DNA from: Candidatus Freyarchaeum deiterrae
GTDB lineage: Archaea > Asgardarchaeota > Jordiarchaeia > Jordiarchaeales > Jordiarchaeaceae
DNA: 64,000 nt
NCBI GenBank assembly: GCA_037305845.1
Contig: CP147778.1
Coordinates: 1,568,001-1,632,000 of the forward strand
Direction: 5' to 3'
Positions within the stretch are counted from its first letter, which is position 1. Each line of letters starts with the position of its first letter. The position numbers and the translations under genes were made by a program. The notes beneath the pieces are model-generated. The model was not told the DNA's origin. It was given only the letters and a program-made list of their open reading frames with translations, and ran no database searches. Positions 44,201 to 54,594 of the stretch are shown in pieces.

Positions 44201-44580
44201 ATAAGGAGATTGAAGAAATTGGGATGCGTGTTGCAATGGATTTTGAAATTGCTCAAAGTCGAAGCCCGGAGGATGTTGCCGCTCAGAATTTAGGCTTTGA
44301 CATACGTTCAAAAGCGACAGATGAGAACATTAGGTACATAGAGGTTAAAGCTAGGGCAAGAGAAAGCAAGATAGCACTTACCCCTAATGAATGGTTAATG
44401 GCTCATAGATTGGGAAACGAATACTGGCTTTATGTTGTGGTAAATGCTTCCAAGACACCTGAACTTTACACAATACAAAATCCAGCAGAGAAACTAAAAC
44501 CTGAGGAAGAGACAGAAGTCGTTCGATACATCGTAACAGAGTGGAAAGACGCAGCTAACAAAGAGATAGTAGATGGTTGA
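41218..44580 (+). CDS. SNF2-family helicase with C-terminal DUF3883-like nuclease domain
   Basis: [38 protein letters not shown]; GFDIRS...YIEVK...LTPNEW; start uncertain (41116-41227). Confidence 0.9.
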   Translation: MRVMNVKNETNLSETFLKPGSILEGPFWPERIKIISYKEIGTGVEVQGIGLKSERFYSRILRKSDLEKVKRVDLRRKDFSGDSEAFFLVMEGKRIRFAFQFDPLYAVNVSQIDPLPHQIDAVYHYVLKQPRIRFLIADDPGAGKTIMAGLILKELKQRGIVERVLIVIPGHLRDQWVRELKEKFGETFRTMDRSVMDASWGRNIWLEENQAITSMDFAKQKDVILSLAETRWDLVIVDEAHKMAAYEYGEKLKKTDRYQLGELLSKNSNFMLFLTATPDRGDPSNFRLFLDLLEPGFFATNEMLAESIQNKDNPLFLRRMKEHLKNFDNTPLFPPRKVITIKYRLSEDEKRLYNAVTEYVEKHYNRAMQKNKRNVAFALLILQRRLASSVRAVRRSLERRRDRLLELHEQGTIIQEAGYIDEEALDDSTELERWKKEDELLEKLTSAETLDELEDEIERLNELIKLAKEAEKKEVETKLNELKKVIDEEKLKNGEKLLIFSESKDTLEYLVEKIRKWGYSVTYIHGAMNLDKRINAEHEFKEKVQIMVSTEAGGEGINLQFCWIMVNYDIPWNPNRLEQRMGRIHRYGQKYEAHIYNLVAIDTREGRILETLFNKLDIIRMHLGSDRVFDVIGDVLPGRSLQDLIIEAITNKRSLEDILKDIERIPNEEAIKRTREATLEGLATKYIDLTRILGETRIARESRLVPEYIEKFFLKASEKLGLKVEKRKDGFYRIASIPYELRKLPFEFKTKFGEVYREYGKLSFDKEQASKGQAEFAAPGHPLLEAVVEKIFEKYSDDVEKGTVFLDPSCNMNGYIWFLESMINDGTGSVAGKRIFALYQDSQNEIRQISPSVLWDLKPHHASMNTELLNAVPNEDVILTFAVETVLPKYLDELKKQREHDAEIKRKYGVRSIKELILQSEGKLLDYETRRAKGENIPEATIQNERRNREELERKKEQLEKQIEAEVNLLLSPPKILGVVVVLPKLPEDDTLKEDKEIEEIGMRVAMDFEIAQSRSPEDVAAQNLGFDIRSKATDENIRYIEVKARARESKIALTPNEWLMAHRLGNEYWLYVVVNASKTPELYTIQNPAEKLKPEEETEVVRYIVTEWKDAANKEIVDG

Positions 44581-47285
44581 TATGGAGGATAAAAGGCTTA
44601 TAGAAGTTGATTTCCCATTAAAAGAAGTAAGTGAAGAATCAGCGAGGGAGAAGAGCATTCATCGTGGTCATATTTCCGCCCTTCACATTTGGTGGGCTCG
44701 TCGACCACTAGCTGCGTCTAGAGCAACTACTTTTGAAGCTTTAGTTCTTGTGCCAGATAATCATGAAAAGTTAATGAAAAAACTCGAGTTTGTTGCAGAA
44801 CTTTCGAAATGGGAAAACTCTCTGAACCAAAATTTAATAGAAAAGGCTAGAGGAGAGATTAGAGATTTTTTTGGTGAAAGAATACCTAAAGTCTTAGATT
44901 GTTTCGCTGGCGGAGGAGCAATCCCTTTAGAGGCGCTAAGGTTGGGATGCAACACTTATGCGTTGGAATACAACCCTGTTGCTGTTTTGATACTTAAGGC
45001 TATACTCGAATATCCCCAAAAGTTTGGAAAAGGAAAAACTACAGTAAAAAGAGAGCTTCATTCAGCGAACAATCAGCTCATTGACGATGTTAAAAAATGG
45101 GGAAACTGGGTATTGGAGGAAACTAGGAAAGAAATCGGAAAGTTTTATCCACCAGACCCTGACGGAAGCACTCCTGTGGGTTATATATGGGCAAGGACTG
45201 TAAGATGCAATAATCCCTCCTGCGGCACTGAAATCCCTCTTGTAAGGCAAACTTGGCTTGCTAAGAAGAATGTCAAGAAGGTTGCTTACAAGGTTATTTC
45301 TGAAAACAATAAAATTGGGTTTAAAATTAAGGAAGATAATGGAATAGACTTTGACCCAGAAATAGGCACTGTTTCAAGAGCAAAGGTCATTTGCCCTTGT
45401 TGTAGAGGGGGGCTATCAGATAAAGAAGTAAGAAAACAATTTGTTGATAGAAAAGCGGGGCAGATGATGGTTGCAGTCGTGCTTCATCATTCGAAAAGGC
45501 CAGGCAAAATCTACCGGCCCTGTACTGAAAATGATATACACGTTTTCAGAGAAGCCGAGAAATATCTACAGAAGAAGAGAAAAGACCTCTTTGACAAATG
45601 GGGGTTCGATCCTGTGCCAGATGAACCAACACCAGAAGGAAAGGGTAGCGGGGCTGAAAGAGCATTTTCAGTACGTAGCTATGGTCTCGATACCTGGGGT
45701 GATCTTTTCAACTCAAGACAGAAATTAGCGTTAATAACCTTTGTAGAAAAAGTGAGAAATATAAATAAGAGTATAATCGAGAAAGGGTACGAGGAAGAAT
45801 ATGCAAAGGTCGTGGCGAGTTATTTGGCACTGGGAGTCGATAAAGTAGCAGATTATAATAATGTCTTATGTCAGTGGAGAAATAATCTTGAGACTGTTGG
45901 ACATGCCTTCGCAAGGCAAGCGTTACCAATGCTTTGGGATTATGTGGAGGGAAATCCAATAACGGGTACTTCAGGAACATGGTCAGGCGCAATTGAATGG
46001 ATTGGAATGGCAGTCGATGCTTCCGAAAAAGTTTCTTCTTTCTCTGCTACTTTATCTCTATCCTCTGCCACAGATCTTCCATATTCCGACGACTTCTTCG
46101 ACGCAGTAATCACTGATCCACCCTATTACGACAATGTGCCTTATTCTTACCTGTCTGATTTCTTTTACGTTTGGCTCAAAAGGACAATAGGGGATTTATA
46201 CCCTGAATTCTTCTCAACTCCTCTTACACCCAAATCAAAGGAGATCGTGGCTTATTCTCATGGTAAGAGTGGCTTAAGAAGGAAAAAGATCCTTTGAGGG
46301 TATGATTACTCAATCCTTTAAAGAAATCCATAGAGTTTTGAAGTATGATGGTATAGCCGTAATAGTGTTTGCTTACAAATCTACCGAGGCATGGGAAACC
46401 ATCATTAATAGTCTTCTAAAATCAGGTTTGGTACTCACAGCTTCTTGGCCAATTCATACAGAGATGAAGGCAAGGCTTAGAGCTATGGAAAGCGCAGCCT
46501 TAGCTTCTTCTGTCTATATGGTGTGTAGAAAGCGCACGGAAGAAAAGATTGCATATTTTAACGAAATAAAAGAAGAGATTGAAAGTAGAATCAAGGAAAA
46601 ACTTACCCAGTTTTGGCAACAGGGCATAAGCGGTGCGGACTTCTTTGTTAGCGCAATAGGTCCTGCTGTAGAAGTATTTGGAAAATACTCAAAGGTCGAA
46701 AAATTTTCGGGTGAAGAGGTTTCTGTTCAGGAATTGTTAGAATATGTGAGAAAAATTGTGAGTGAATTCGCTTTGGAAAGAGTTTTAAAAAGAGCGGATC
46801 TGGGAGGAATAGACGCTGAAACAAGATTCTACTTGCTGTGGAGATGGACATTTGGCAATGCCAAAGTGCCTTTTGACGACGCAATAAAACTTTCCAGACC
46901 CATGGGCGTTGAGCTTACAAAATTATGGGATGGTGGAGAACTCGTCAGAAAAGAAAAAGGATCCGTCAAAGTCCTTACTTCTCAAGACAGGGCAAAAGAT
47001 CCTTCCTTCTTAAGAAAAACAAAGTTCAAATCCATGATAGATGTTCTTCATTACGTGTTAGTGTTGTGGGAACATGGAGAAAGAGAAAAAGTCAAGGAAA
47101 TCTTGAGTGAGACAGGGTATGCTGGAAACGAGATATTTTGGCAAACTGCTCAAGCCATTTCAGAAATTCTTCCAAAAGGGGATAAAGAAAAGCAATTACT
47201 TCAAGGATTTCTTTACGGTAAAGAAGTTTATGTTAAAGCAGCTAGAGGAAAAACAAGTTTACTTGATTATATGGAGAGTGAATAA
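44573..47285 (+). pseudogene. DUF1156-family adenine DNA methyltransferase with Zn ribbon, frameshifted near 46277
   Basis: [27 protein letters not shown] in the 574-aa part; the C-terminal 327 aa continue in another frame ([14 protein letters not shown]). Confidence 0.8.
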
Positions 47286-49946
47286 ATGAGCGTAAAGCCT
47301 TGGTGGCAAGTCGCAGTCCCACATAAGGACATTCGAGAAGGCAGATTGGAAGAAGCTGTCTTCGCAGCTAATCTCGGGGATGTATTCCAAAACAAAGGCC
47401 CTATAGACTACAGAGACCCAGAACTCTTCTTTAAAGGAACATACTTCACCGCTGGACTAACCAATCTAATCGGAGCTGTTCTATCAAAACTCTCAGGCAA
47501 AAGAAAAGGCGACACAGTCGTCCAAATTCAAACACCTTTCGGTGGTGGCAAAACCCACGCGTTACTCGCATTATATCACACTTTCAAATATGGCAACAAA
47601 ATTGCACACATACCAATAGTTAAAAAAATACTGGAAGAAAATAAACTTGAAGGCATACCAGAAACAAAGGTCGTAGTTTTTGTAGGAGAATATGGAGACC
47701 CGCTTAAGGGCAAAACCCTCTGGGGAGAAATAGCCCACCAACTTAAATCTTATAAACTTATGGAGGAATACGACCAAAAGCGTGTAGCCCCTGGAAAAGA
47801 GCTAATAGCTGGCCTCCTCTCGAAAAACCAACCCGTTCTCATACTGATAGACGAACTCCTGCAATACGTTGTAAGAACCATGGGCGTTAAAGTTGAAGAA
47901 GGAACACTGAAAGGTCAGGTCGAAGCTTTTCTCAAGACGCTCACAGAAGCTGTGGCGTCCGCTGATAACTGCGCCATAATCTCTACGCTTCCTTCAAGTG
48001 TCTCTGAAGGCTTTGAAGATGCAGAAAAATCCGAAAGAATCTTGGGAGAACTTCAGAAAATCTTCGGAAGAGTAGAAAAAATCTATGCTCCAGTTGAGGG
48101 CGAAGAAATCTACGAAATAATAAGAAAGAGACTTTTCGAAGAGCTAGGAGATGAAAGCGAACATAGAACAGTCGCAGAAGAATACTTTAATATGTACCAA
48201 AAACTCGGCGAGGACATCCCATCCGAGTACAGAGAAGTGGCTTACAAAGAAAGAATTGTGCGAGCTTACCCTTTTCATCCAGAAACGATAGATATACTCT
48301 TTGAAAGATGGGCAACAATTCCCGGTTTTCAGAGAACTAGAGGGGTGCTGAGACTCTTAGCCGAAGTTGTGGCAGACCTTTTCATGAAAGAACATTCAGC
48401 TCCACTAATCCAGCCAGCCCACTTAAATTTCGAAAATACCTCCATAAGAAGAGAATTCGTTAAACATATTGGAAACGCATTCGAAGGAGTAATTGCTTCA
48501 GATGTTGACGGCCCAGCGGCTAAGGCACCGAAAATAGACAGAGAAATGGGAACAGAATATGCAAGGTTCAAAGTTGCAACAGGCCTAGCAACTTCCGTAT
48601 TTTTCTACTCATTTAGCGGCAGCGAAAGAAAAGGAGTAACTACTCAAAGACTTAGACTAGCGTTTCTCCGTCAAGGCATACCTGCTACAATTGTAACCGA
48701 CGCCTTAAGAAGACTTGAAGACGAACTTTGGTTCCTCCACTTCGAAAAGAACCTTTACTCCTTTAGCAGCACAGTTGGTCTTAACCGAGTCGTGATAGAA
48801 AAGGAAGAAGCAGTAAAAGATGAGGAAGTGGAAGGAGAAATTAGATGGAGAATAGAAAAGATCCAAGGCACAGACTTCACTGTCTACACATGGCCAAAAA
48901 CAAACAGCGATGTCCCAGACAACAAGAAACTCAAACTCATAGTGCTTTCCCCAGAGTTAATGATAAATGACCCAACAACCGAAAATTTCGTTCAAAATAT
49001 AATTAACAAATATTCAACTGGGTTCAGAACATACAAAAACACTTTAATGTTCCTGATAACCGATCCTAACGAGTACGAAGGACTTAAAAGAATCACTCGT
49101 CGCTTTTTAGCTCTCAACGCAATAAAGGAAGACAGTGAAACCATGAAAAGGCTCACCGAAGAGGACAGTAAACGAGTGGAGCAGAAGCTAAAAGATGCCG
49201 ATGCTTCCCTACCAATTAAACTTCTTTCAGCATATCGCTACTTGGCTAAGGCTTCAAGAGACGGAAACCAAACATTCGATCTAGGCATACCAACCATAGG
49301 TGAAAAGCCAAATCTCGCAAAAAGGGCAAAACAATATCTCAAAGACCAAGAAATAATACTAGGCAAAGTTTCCCCAAAATTCCTTTTAGAAAAAACATTT
49401 TCTAAAGAGGACGAACACAAAAGCGTCACAGAAATATGGGAAGCCTTTCTCAAATACCCAGAATTGCCAATACTTGAAGACGAAAAAGTGCTAAAAGACG
49501 CCGTAGTTCAAGGGATTCAAAACGGAACCTTCGGACTGCTGATAGATGACAAAATACAATACGGAGAAGTTATTTCTCTTCTAAAAGTTGCAGAAGAAGC
49601 TCAAATCATAAGAAAGGAAATCGCCCAAAGAATAAAAGGAGAAGAAGAAAATCCCACAATCAGAATAGAAACAAAACCCAAACCAGAGGATCAAGGCATA
49701 AAGGGCGCAAGCAAAAGTGGGGCCGTAAGGAAATTTATACTTAGAGCAAATGTGCCATGGGATAAACTTTCAGAACTAATGCGAGGAGTCTTCACACCCC
49801 TAAGTCACGAGGGAGCCCAAATATCTCTAGAGGTCAAAATAGAAGCGCAGTCTGAACAGGGAATCAGCAAAGATACCTTAAACCTGAAAATAAAAGAAAC
49901 ACTATGCCAAATAGGAGCAATTGTTTTAGAAGAGAAGGAAGAATAA
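47286..49946 (+). CDS. DUF499-family AAA+ ATPase
   Basis: PW..VA.PH.D, FAANL, QTPFGGGKTH, LIDE, YPFHP, FQRTRGVLR. Confidence 0.9.
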   Translation: MSVKPWWQVAVPHKDIREGRLEEAVFAANLGDVFQNKGPIDYRDPELFFKGTYFTAGLTNLIGAVLSKLSGKRKGDTVVQIQTPFGGGKTHALLALYHTFKYGNKIAHIPIVKKILEENKLEGIPETKVVVFVGEYGDPLKGKTLWGEIAHQLKSYKLMEEYDQKRVAPGKELIAGLLSKNQPVLILIDELLQYVVRTMGVKVEEGTLKGQVEAFLKTLTEAVASADNCAIISTLPSSVSEGFEDAEKSERILGELQKIFGRVEKIYAPVEGEEIYEIIRKRLFEELGDESEHRTVAEEYFNMYQKLGEDIPSEYREVAYKERIVRAYPFHPETIDILFERWATIPGFQRTRGVLRLLAEVVADLFMKEHSAPLIQPAHLNFENTSIRREFVKHIGNAFEGVIASDVDGPAAKAPKIDREMGTEYARFKVATGLATSVFFYSFSGSERKGVTTQRLRLAFLRQGIPATIVTDALRRLEDELWFLHFEKNLYSFSSTVGLNRVVIEKEEAVKDEEVEGEIRWRIEKIQGTDFTVYTWPKTNSDVPDNKKLKLIVLSPELMINDPTTENFVQNIINKYSTGFRTYKNTLMFLITDPNEYEGLKRITRRFLALNAIKEDSETMKRLTEEDSKRVEQKLKDADASLPIKLLSAYRYLAKASRDGNQTFDLGIPTIGEKPNLAKRAKQYLKDQEIILGKVSPKFLLEKTFSKEDEHKSVTEIWEAFLKYPELPILEDEKVLKDAVVQGIQNGTFGLLIDDKIQYGEVISLLKVAEEAQIIRKEIAQRIKGEEENPTIRIETKPKPEDQGIKGASKSGAVRKFILRANVPWDKLSELMRGVFTPLSHEGAQISLEVKIEAQSEQGISKDTLNLKIKETLCQIGAIVLEEKEE

Positions 49947-50245
49947 CAAGAGTTTAGTGTCTTGATGGAGAACGAGAATACAGGACATTACTTGATACAG
50001 CTGAAAAGATGTTAAATGTATGCCTACTCAACCAACTATGACGAATTCCATTCATTAATGAAAACATAGTAAAGTCATCTAACCTCATATTTATTCACTC
50101 ACAAATTAGTAGTGCTTAAGAAGTTCACTAAAATTTTTTTGACACCTTTAATTTCTTGCCGACCGGTATTTGTACGAAATTAAGCCGGTTGTTTCCTTCT
50201 TATTCTAATTTTTGATTTTCGACTTGTTAATTTTCAAAAAGGAGA

Positions 50246-50383
50246 TGGCGCACGGAGAGGGATTTGAACCCCCGCATCCCGCAAGGGATACTGGCTCTCA
50301 AGGCCTACGCTTGAAAGAGATACCTCATTCAACCAGCGCCGTTTGGTGGCACATTTCATGTGCTTCCGCTTGGCTATCCGTGC
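50246..50383 (-). tRNA. tRNA-Ser(UGA) with two introns (50344-50363 in the D-loop; 50305-50333 at 29/30), encoded CCA
   Basis: Spliced: GCACGGA TA GCC AAGCGGAAAAC GGC G CTGGC CTTGAGA GCCAG T ATCCC TTGC GGGAT GC GGGGG TTCAAAT CCCTC TCCGTGC G CCA. Confidence 0.9.
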
Positions 50384-50513
50384 TTTCTGTTATTTGTTAG
50401 GTGTGATTGGAATATATTTATTTTTAACTTTTCTTGTTCTTTAATAACTTACCGTTTATATTCGAATGTTCGGATATGAAATAGTGTTTATGAATGTTTT
50501 TCTATTTAAAAGT

Positions 50514-51332
50514 TTATTTTTTGCTAAGCTGGTATAGTTCATCGAATATTTCGGGTCTAAGGTCTCGTAGTACTGGTGCTGCTATTCTTGATGCTTTTAA
50601 ATCCGAATAGTCGATTGTTGCGGTTACTAGGTCTTCCTCATCGTATTTTGCTTTTATTATTATTGTGCCGTCTGGGCCAACTATGCGGCTTCCTCCCCAG
50701 AAAATTAAACCGTCTTCAACTCCTACTAGGTTCACGTAAGCCAAAAAAACCGTATTTTCCATGGCTCTGGAGGATATAAATGTTTCAAAGTACCCGGTGC
50801 GGGTGGCAGGTGAAGCTGATATACAAACTATTAATTGTGAACCCATGAGCGTGAGCTGGCGTGCGATTTCTGGGAAGTATATGTCGTAGCAAATCATTAA
50901 ACCGATTTTTCCAATTTCGGTTTCCAGTATTTGTGTCTCGTATCCTTGTCTGAAATATCTTTTTTCTTCGAAAACTAAGTGTGTTGGTAGATATTTCTTA
51001 CGGTACTTTCCAATATACCCTTTTGGCCCCACCATTACTGAAGTGTTATATAAGACGCCTTCTCCGGCTTCTTCTACCATTCCGAATACTACATGTATAT
51101 CATTCTTGTTTGCAGTGTTCTCTATTTTTTTCACCGAGGTTCCAGGGATGCTTTCTGCTAGGGAGTAGTATTGGTCTTTGCATGAGTAGCCGGTGAGTAT
51201 TAGTTCTGGGAAGATTACTAGCTGTGCTTTTTGGCTTGCCGCTTCGGCTATTATTTTATTCATTTTTTGCAGATTCTTTTCTTTGTCTTCGAGTGTTGGT
51301 ACCATTTGTGCTAGGGCTAGCTTTACTTTCAT
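50514..51332 (-). CDS. Carbon-nitrogen hydrolase (nitrilase family), possible glutaminase partner of NadE
   Basis: FPEL, YRK, ICYD (E-K-C triad); divergent from nadE. Confidence 0.88.
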   Translation of the reverse strand: MKVKLALAQMVPTLEDKEKNLQKMNKIIAEAASQKAQLVIFPELILTGYSCKDQYYSLAESIPGTSVKKIENTANKNDIHVVFGMVEEAGEGVLYNTSVMVGPKGYIGKYRKKYLPTHLVFEEKRYFRQGYETQILETEIGKIGLMICYDIYFPEIARQLTLMGSQLIVCISASPATRTGYFETFISSRAMENTVFLAYVNLVGVEDGLIFWGGSRIVGPDGTIIIKAKYDEEDLVTATIDYSDLKASRIAAPVLRDLRPEIFDELYQLSKK

Positions 51333-51429
51333 AAGTTCGTCTCCAACAATTTAATATATTTTGGGAATTATAGTAGCTTGATACACTTTTATGTTTATAC
51401 AAGTTATTTCTTATGGAGGCTTTAGTAGA

Positions 51430-52305
51430 ATGAAACTTTCAAAAGAGGTACTTAATATTGAGCCAGAATTTGTTGAGAAGCGTGTTCTTAAATTTATTCG
51501 TGCTCGGGTTACTGATGTGGGTGTTTCAGGAGTGGTTATGGGTCTGAGTGGAGGTATTGATTCTTCGGTTGTTGCTGCTCTTTGTGTAAAAGCTTTGGGC
51601 CCGGAAAGAGTATTAGGGCTGATGTTACCCGAGAAGGATAGCGATCCTAACGATATTAAAGATGCTGTAAAAATAGCTAAGCAGCTTGAAAATCCCTATG
51701 AAGTAGTAGATATAACTTCAATAATTAATGCTTGCCGGGAAACCTATTTAAAGGATGCCTCGGATGCTCCTACAGTAGTGGGAAATGTGAAGGCACGTGT
51801 ACGCATGTTAACACTTTATTGCTATGCAAATAAACTGCATCGCTTGGTCGTTGGTACTGGAAATAAAAGTGAAATATTAATCGGATACAGTTAACGGTTG
51901 ATCACCGTAACTGCCGAAAACTTTACCAAGTACGGCGACGGCGGCTCAGATATATTACCAATAGGTGATCTTTATAAAACCCAAGTTCGTCAACTGGCAG
52001 ATTTCCTAGAAATCCCAAAAGAAATAATTAAGAAAACTCCTACTGCGGGACTTTGGAAGGGTCAAACGGACGAAGCCGAAATTGGTGTTTCATACGATGT
52101 TTTGGACCTGATACTTTATGGTTTAGAACATTGGATGAATGAGTCGGAAATAGCGGAAGAACTCAATGTACCACTTGAAAAAGTGAATAAAATAGTAGAA
52201 ATGTGGAGGAAAAGTGAACATAAAAGAAAAGGCCCGGTTGTCTTTAAATTATCACATAGAACTCCAAGTTTAGACTGGAGGATTCCATTTAACTATTATG
52301 TGTAA
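51430..52305 (+). CDS. nadE: NAD+ synthetase interrupted by a 33-nt BHB/BHL intron; join(51430..51886, 51920..52305), 280 aa
   Basis: GLSGGIDS, NVKARVRM, GTGNKSE; splicing restores IGYFTKYGDGG; PIGDLYKT, PTAGLW.GQTDE, SEHKR. Confidence 0.93.
51887..51919 (+). other. BHB/BHL mRNA intron in nadE (33 nt, contains in-frame TAA)
   Basis: UCGG-AU^A-CAGUUAACGGU(UGAUC)ACCGUAACUG-CCGA-AA^A-CUUU. Confidence 0.88.
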
Positions 52306-52328
52306 AATAATGAAAAGGAGTGAATGAA

Positions 52329-52583
52329 ATGGGGCGTAGAAGAAGGAAAAAGGTTCAAAGAAGACCCGAAAAACGGATACCCACGGTGTTTACCTGCCCC
52401 TCATGTGGAGAGGATAGTGTAAAAGTGGAGATTAAAAAAAACGAGGGATACGCAGTGGTAGGATGTGGTAATCCTAATTGCGGGTTAAAGAAGAATATAA
52501 AAATTGGCAAACTTACGGAACCGGTAGATGCGTATAGCGAATTTGTGGATTCATTTTATGAAGAAGAAAAAGCAGCCAAATAA
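52329..52583 (+). CDS. elf1: Transcription elongation factor Elf1
   Basis: MGRRRRK...FTCPSC...C...C...EPVDAYSEFVD. Confidence 0.9.
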   Translation: MGRRRRKKVQRRPEKRIPTVFTCPSCGEDSVKVEIKKNEGYAVVGCGNPNCGLKKNIKIGKLTEPVDAYSEFVDSFYEEEKAAK

Positions 52584-52613
52584 GAAAGATATGGGGGCTT
52601 TTATTCTCTTTTT

Positions 52614-53522
52614 CTAGAATAGTAATAGGTAGATAGCAAAGGCACTAATTGCTCCAACGGCTGTTGAAACAAAATTAACGATATTGTTATCAATGGCTTT
52701 GTGTCCTCTCAAGTGGACTGTTATCTCTCCGCAGTGAATATCGTGCTCAGTGATTTTACCGCACACTGGACATTTGTAGAGTGCTTGAATCGTGGCGCCT
52801 ATTACACTATCCGCTGTGCTTCCAACAAATCCTGCTCCTATAGCTATTATCAGTAGTTTTAATCCAGTAGGTAAGCCGAAGCTTAGCGTATCTAACCAGG
52901 GGAACAAACCTAATCCAAGAAGGTTAAAATGCTGCATGAGAAAAGCCATACCACCAGTGAGTAAACCACCCAAGAGTATTGCAAGTTCTCCTAGAGGTGA
53001 AACCCCTCCTGAAGTGCCTGCTACGACTTTTTTCTTTAGGTTTGTTATTAATCTGGGAGGATGAGGATTTAACAAGCCGACCTCAGTGGCTAATGTATCT
53101 GCAGCGGCTGTAGCTACTACCCCCAGGAAGCCAGCAAAGAAAATGTCAAAGGGGCCTGATGGAATGAAAAATAAGAATACTCCTTCCATTACTGCAAGGA
53201 ATGCGGCGAGTCCTCCGTTGGCGATGACGTTTGTCCATGCTCTGGCTCCACCTTTTTCCTGAGCTGCTCCCAATCTTCTTTTTCGTTCATACTTGAATTT
53301 CGTGAACACCGCGGAAGCTAAGAAGAATACCAGTATAACTAAAAACCACGCCCAGTTGCCAAATATCCATACCGCTAAACCCACGACTAGCCCAGCTAAG
53401 AACCCCGAAAAATCGACGGCGTGTAATTTGATCGAGAGAGCTCCTACTCCTCCGACTACCGCAATACCAATTAAGAGATAAATTATATTTGTGAATTCGT
53501 TACTGAACAATGATTCAAACAT
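52614..53522 (-). CDS. DUF92/TMEM19 membrane protein
   Basis: R.W.NV.ANG, ADTLATEVG, GTSGGVS..G, DSVIGATIQ, NNIVNF. Confidence 0.9.
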   Translation of the reverse strand: MFESLFSNEFTNIIYLLIGIAVVGGVGALSIKLHAVDFSGFLAGLVVGLAVWIFGNWAWFLVILVFFLASAVFTKFKYERKRRLGAAQEKGGARAWTNVIANGGLAAFLAVMEGVFLFFIPSGPFDIFFAGFLGVVATAAADTLATEVGLLNPHPPRLITNLKKKVVAGTSGGVSPLGELAILLGGLLTGGMAFLMQHFNLLGLGLFPWLDTLSFGLPTGLKLLIIAIGAGFVGSTADSVIGATIQALYKCPVCGKITEHDIHCGEITVHLRGHKAIDNNIVNFVSTAVGAISAFAIYLLLF

Positions 53523-53846
53523 TTTTCACGCGCCTCAATGTAAAGCATTTGCAAGGTAACGGCGGTATTTACATCCGGGGTGAATATAAAGTACTAATAT
53601 TTTGCATAGTCTTTTTTGTTTTTAAGATAAAAACGTTTCCCAAGTTCTATGCTTTAAATCGTGTTGTGTCGAAATAATAGTGGTTCTACATAAAAAGCCG
53701 AAAAATATAAGAGCTAATAATAATCCCCTGAACCTTAAAAAATATACAAGTCCATGTTTAAATTTGTACAGCACCGAAGGTGTAAAACTTTATAAAAACT
53801 AGTATAGGTATACTTTTCTAAGATTGATAGGAAGCGATGAAAAGAC

Positions 53847-54548
53847 ATGTCAAAAGTCCTTTGTGTCTCTCCAGCTTATAACGAGGAAAAAGCAGTTTCT
53901 AAAGTAATAGAAGGCGCCTTAAAAAGTACTGATGGAATAATTGTCGTCGATGATGGAAGCATAGATAACACCTTCAAAGAGGCAAGCAAGGCAGGGGCTA
54001 CAGTCGTTCAGCATGATAGAAACAGGGGCAAAGGAGTTGCACTAAAGACTGGTTTTAAAAAGGCTTTAGAGATGAACGCAGATATAGTAGTTGTTTTGGA
54101 TGCAGATGGTCAACATAATCCAGAAGAGATACCCAAACTGCTTAAAACCATGAATCGTGAGAATTCAGATGTAGTGGTGGGATCCAGATTTCTAGGGGAT
54201 ATAAAGGGTATGCCTCGAGCTCGAATTCTAAGCAACACATTAACTACAAGGATTTTACGCTTGTATTTTGGCTTACCTATCACTGATAGTCAAAGTGGTT
54301 ATAGGGCGTATAAAAGACAGCTTTTGGAAAAAGTCGAGTTTTCAGCTACCCGATTTTCTGCCGAAACAGAGATATTGGTTGATGCGTGTAGGAAAGGCTT
54401 TAAAATATCAGAGACAAAAATTCAAACGATTTATGGAGAAGAAAAATCGAAAATGCGAGTTTTTGGAGACACAGTACGTTGGCTTTGGGATGTCGACAAG
54501 CAACTAATTAAAAGTCTGAGCTATAGGCTCTCACATCGAAGCAGATAG
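53847..54548 (+). CDS. GT2 glycosyltransferase (DPM1-like)
   Basis: PAYNE, VDDGS.D, N.GKG, DADGQH, VGSRF, DSQSGYR. Confidence 0.9.
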   Translation: MSKVLCVSPAYNEEKAVSKVIEGALKSTDGIIVVDDGSIDNTFKEASKAGATVVQHDRNRGKGVALKTGFKKALEMNADIVVVLDADGQHNPEEIPKLLKTMNRENSDVVVGSRFLGDIKGMPRARILSNTLTTRILRLYFGLPITDSQSGYRAYKRQLLEKVEFSATRFSAETEILVDACRKGFKISETKIQTIYGEEKSKMRVFGDTVRWLWDVDKQLIKSLSYRLSHRSR

Positions 54549-54594
54549 GTGACCTATCATTCACCTATTGAAAGTTTTTAGAGACAAATATTTT

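Larger units (their letters stand above)
30107..50344. mobile_element. ~20 kb genomic island integrated at tRNA-Ser(UGA)
   Basis: Flanking direct repeats, defence/secretion-type cargo, composition shifts; housekeeping genes resume outside; no integrase recognised. Confidence 0.85.

Noticed and set aside
46247-46276. GTGGCTTA direct repeat 22 nt apart at the methylase frameshift, considered as a third mRNA intron
   Set aside because: Removing 22 nt creates GCT TAA (stop), deletes plausible coding residues, and no BHB geometry is present
50246-50383. Possible tRNA-Sec or suppressor tRNA
   Set aside because: The anticodon on the coding strand is TGA (reads UCA, Ser) with a normal 7/5 acceptor/T-stem
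51892-51894. Stop-codon readthrough or recoding of nadE
   Set aside because: The stop is TAA (not a Sec/Pyl codon), and readthrough would leave 11 extra residues inside a conserved motif; intron excision explains it exactly
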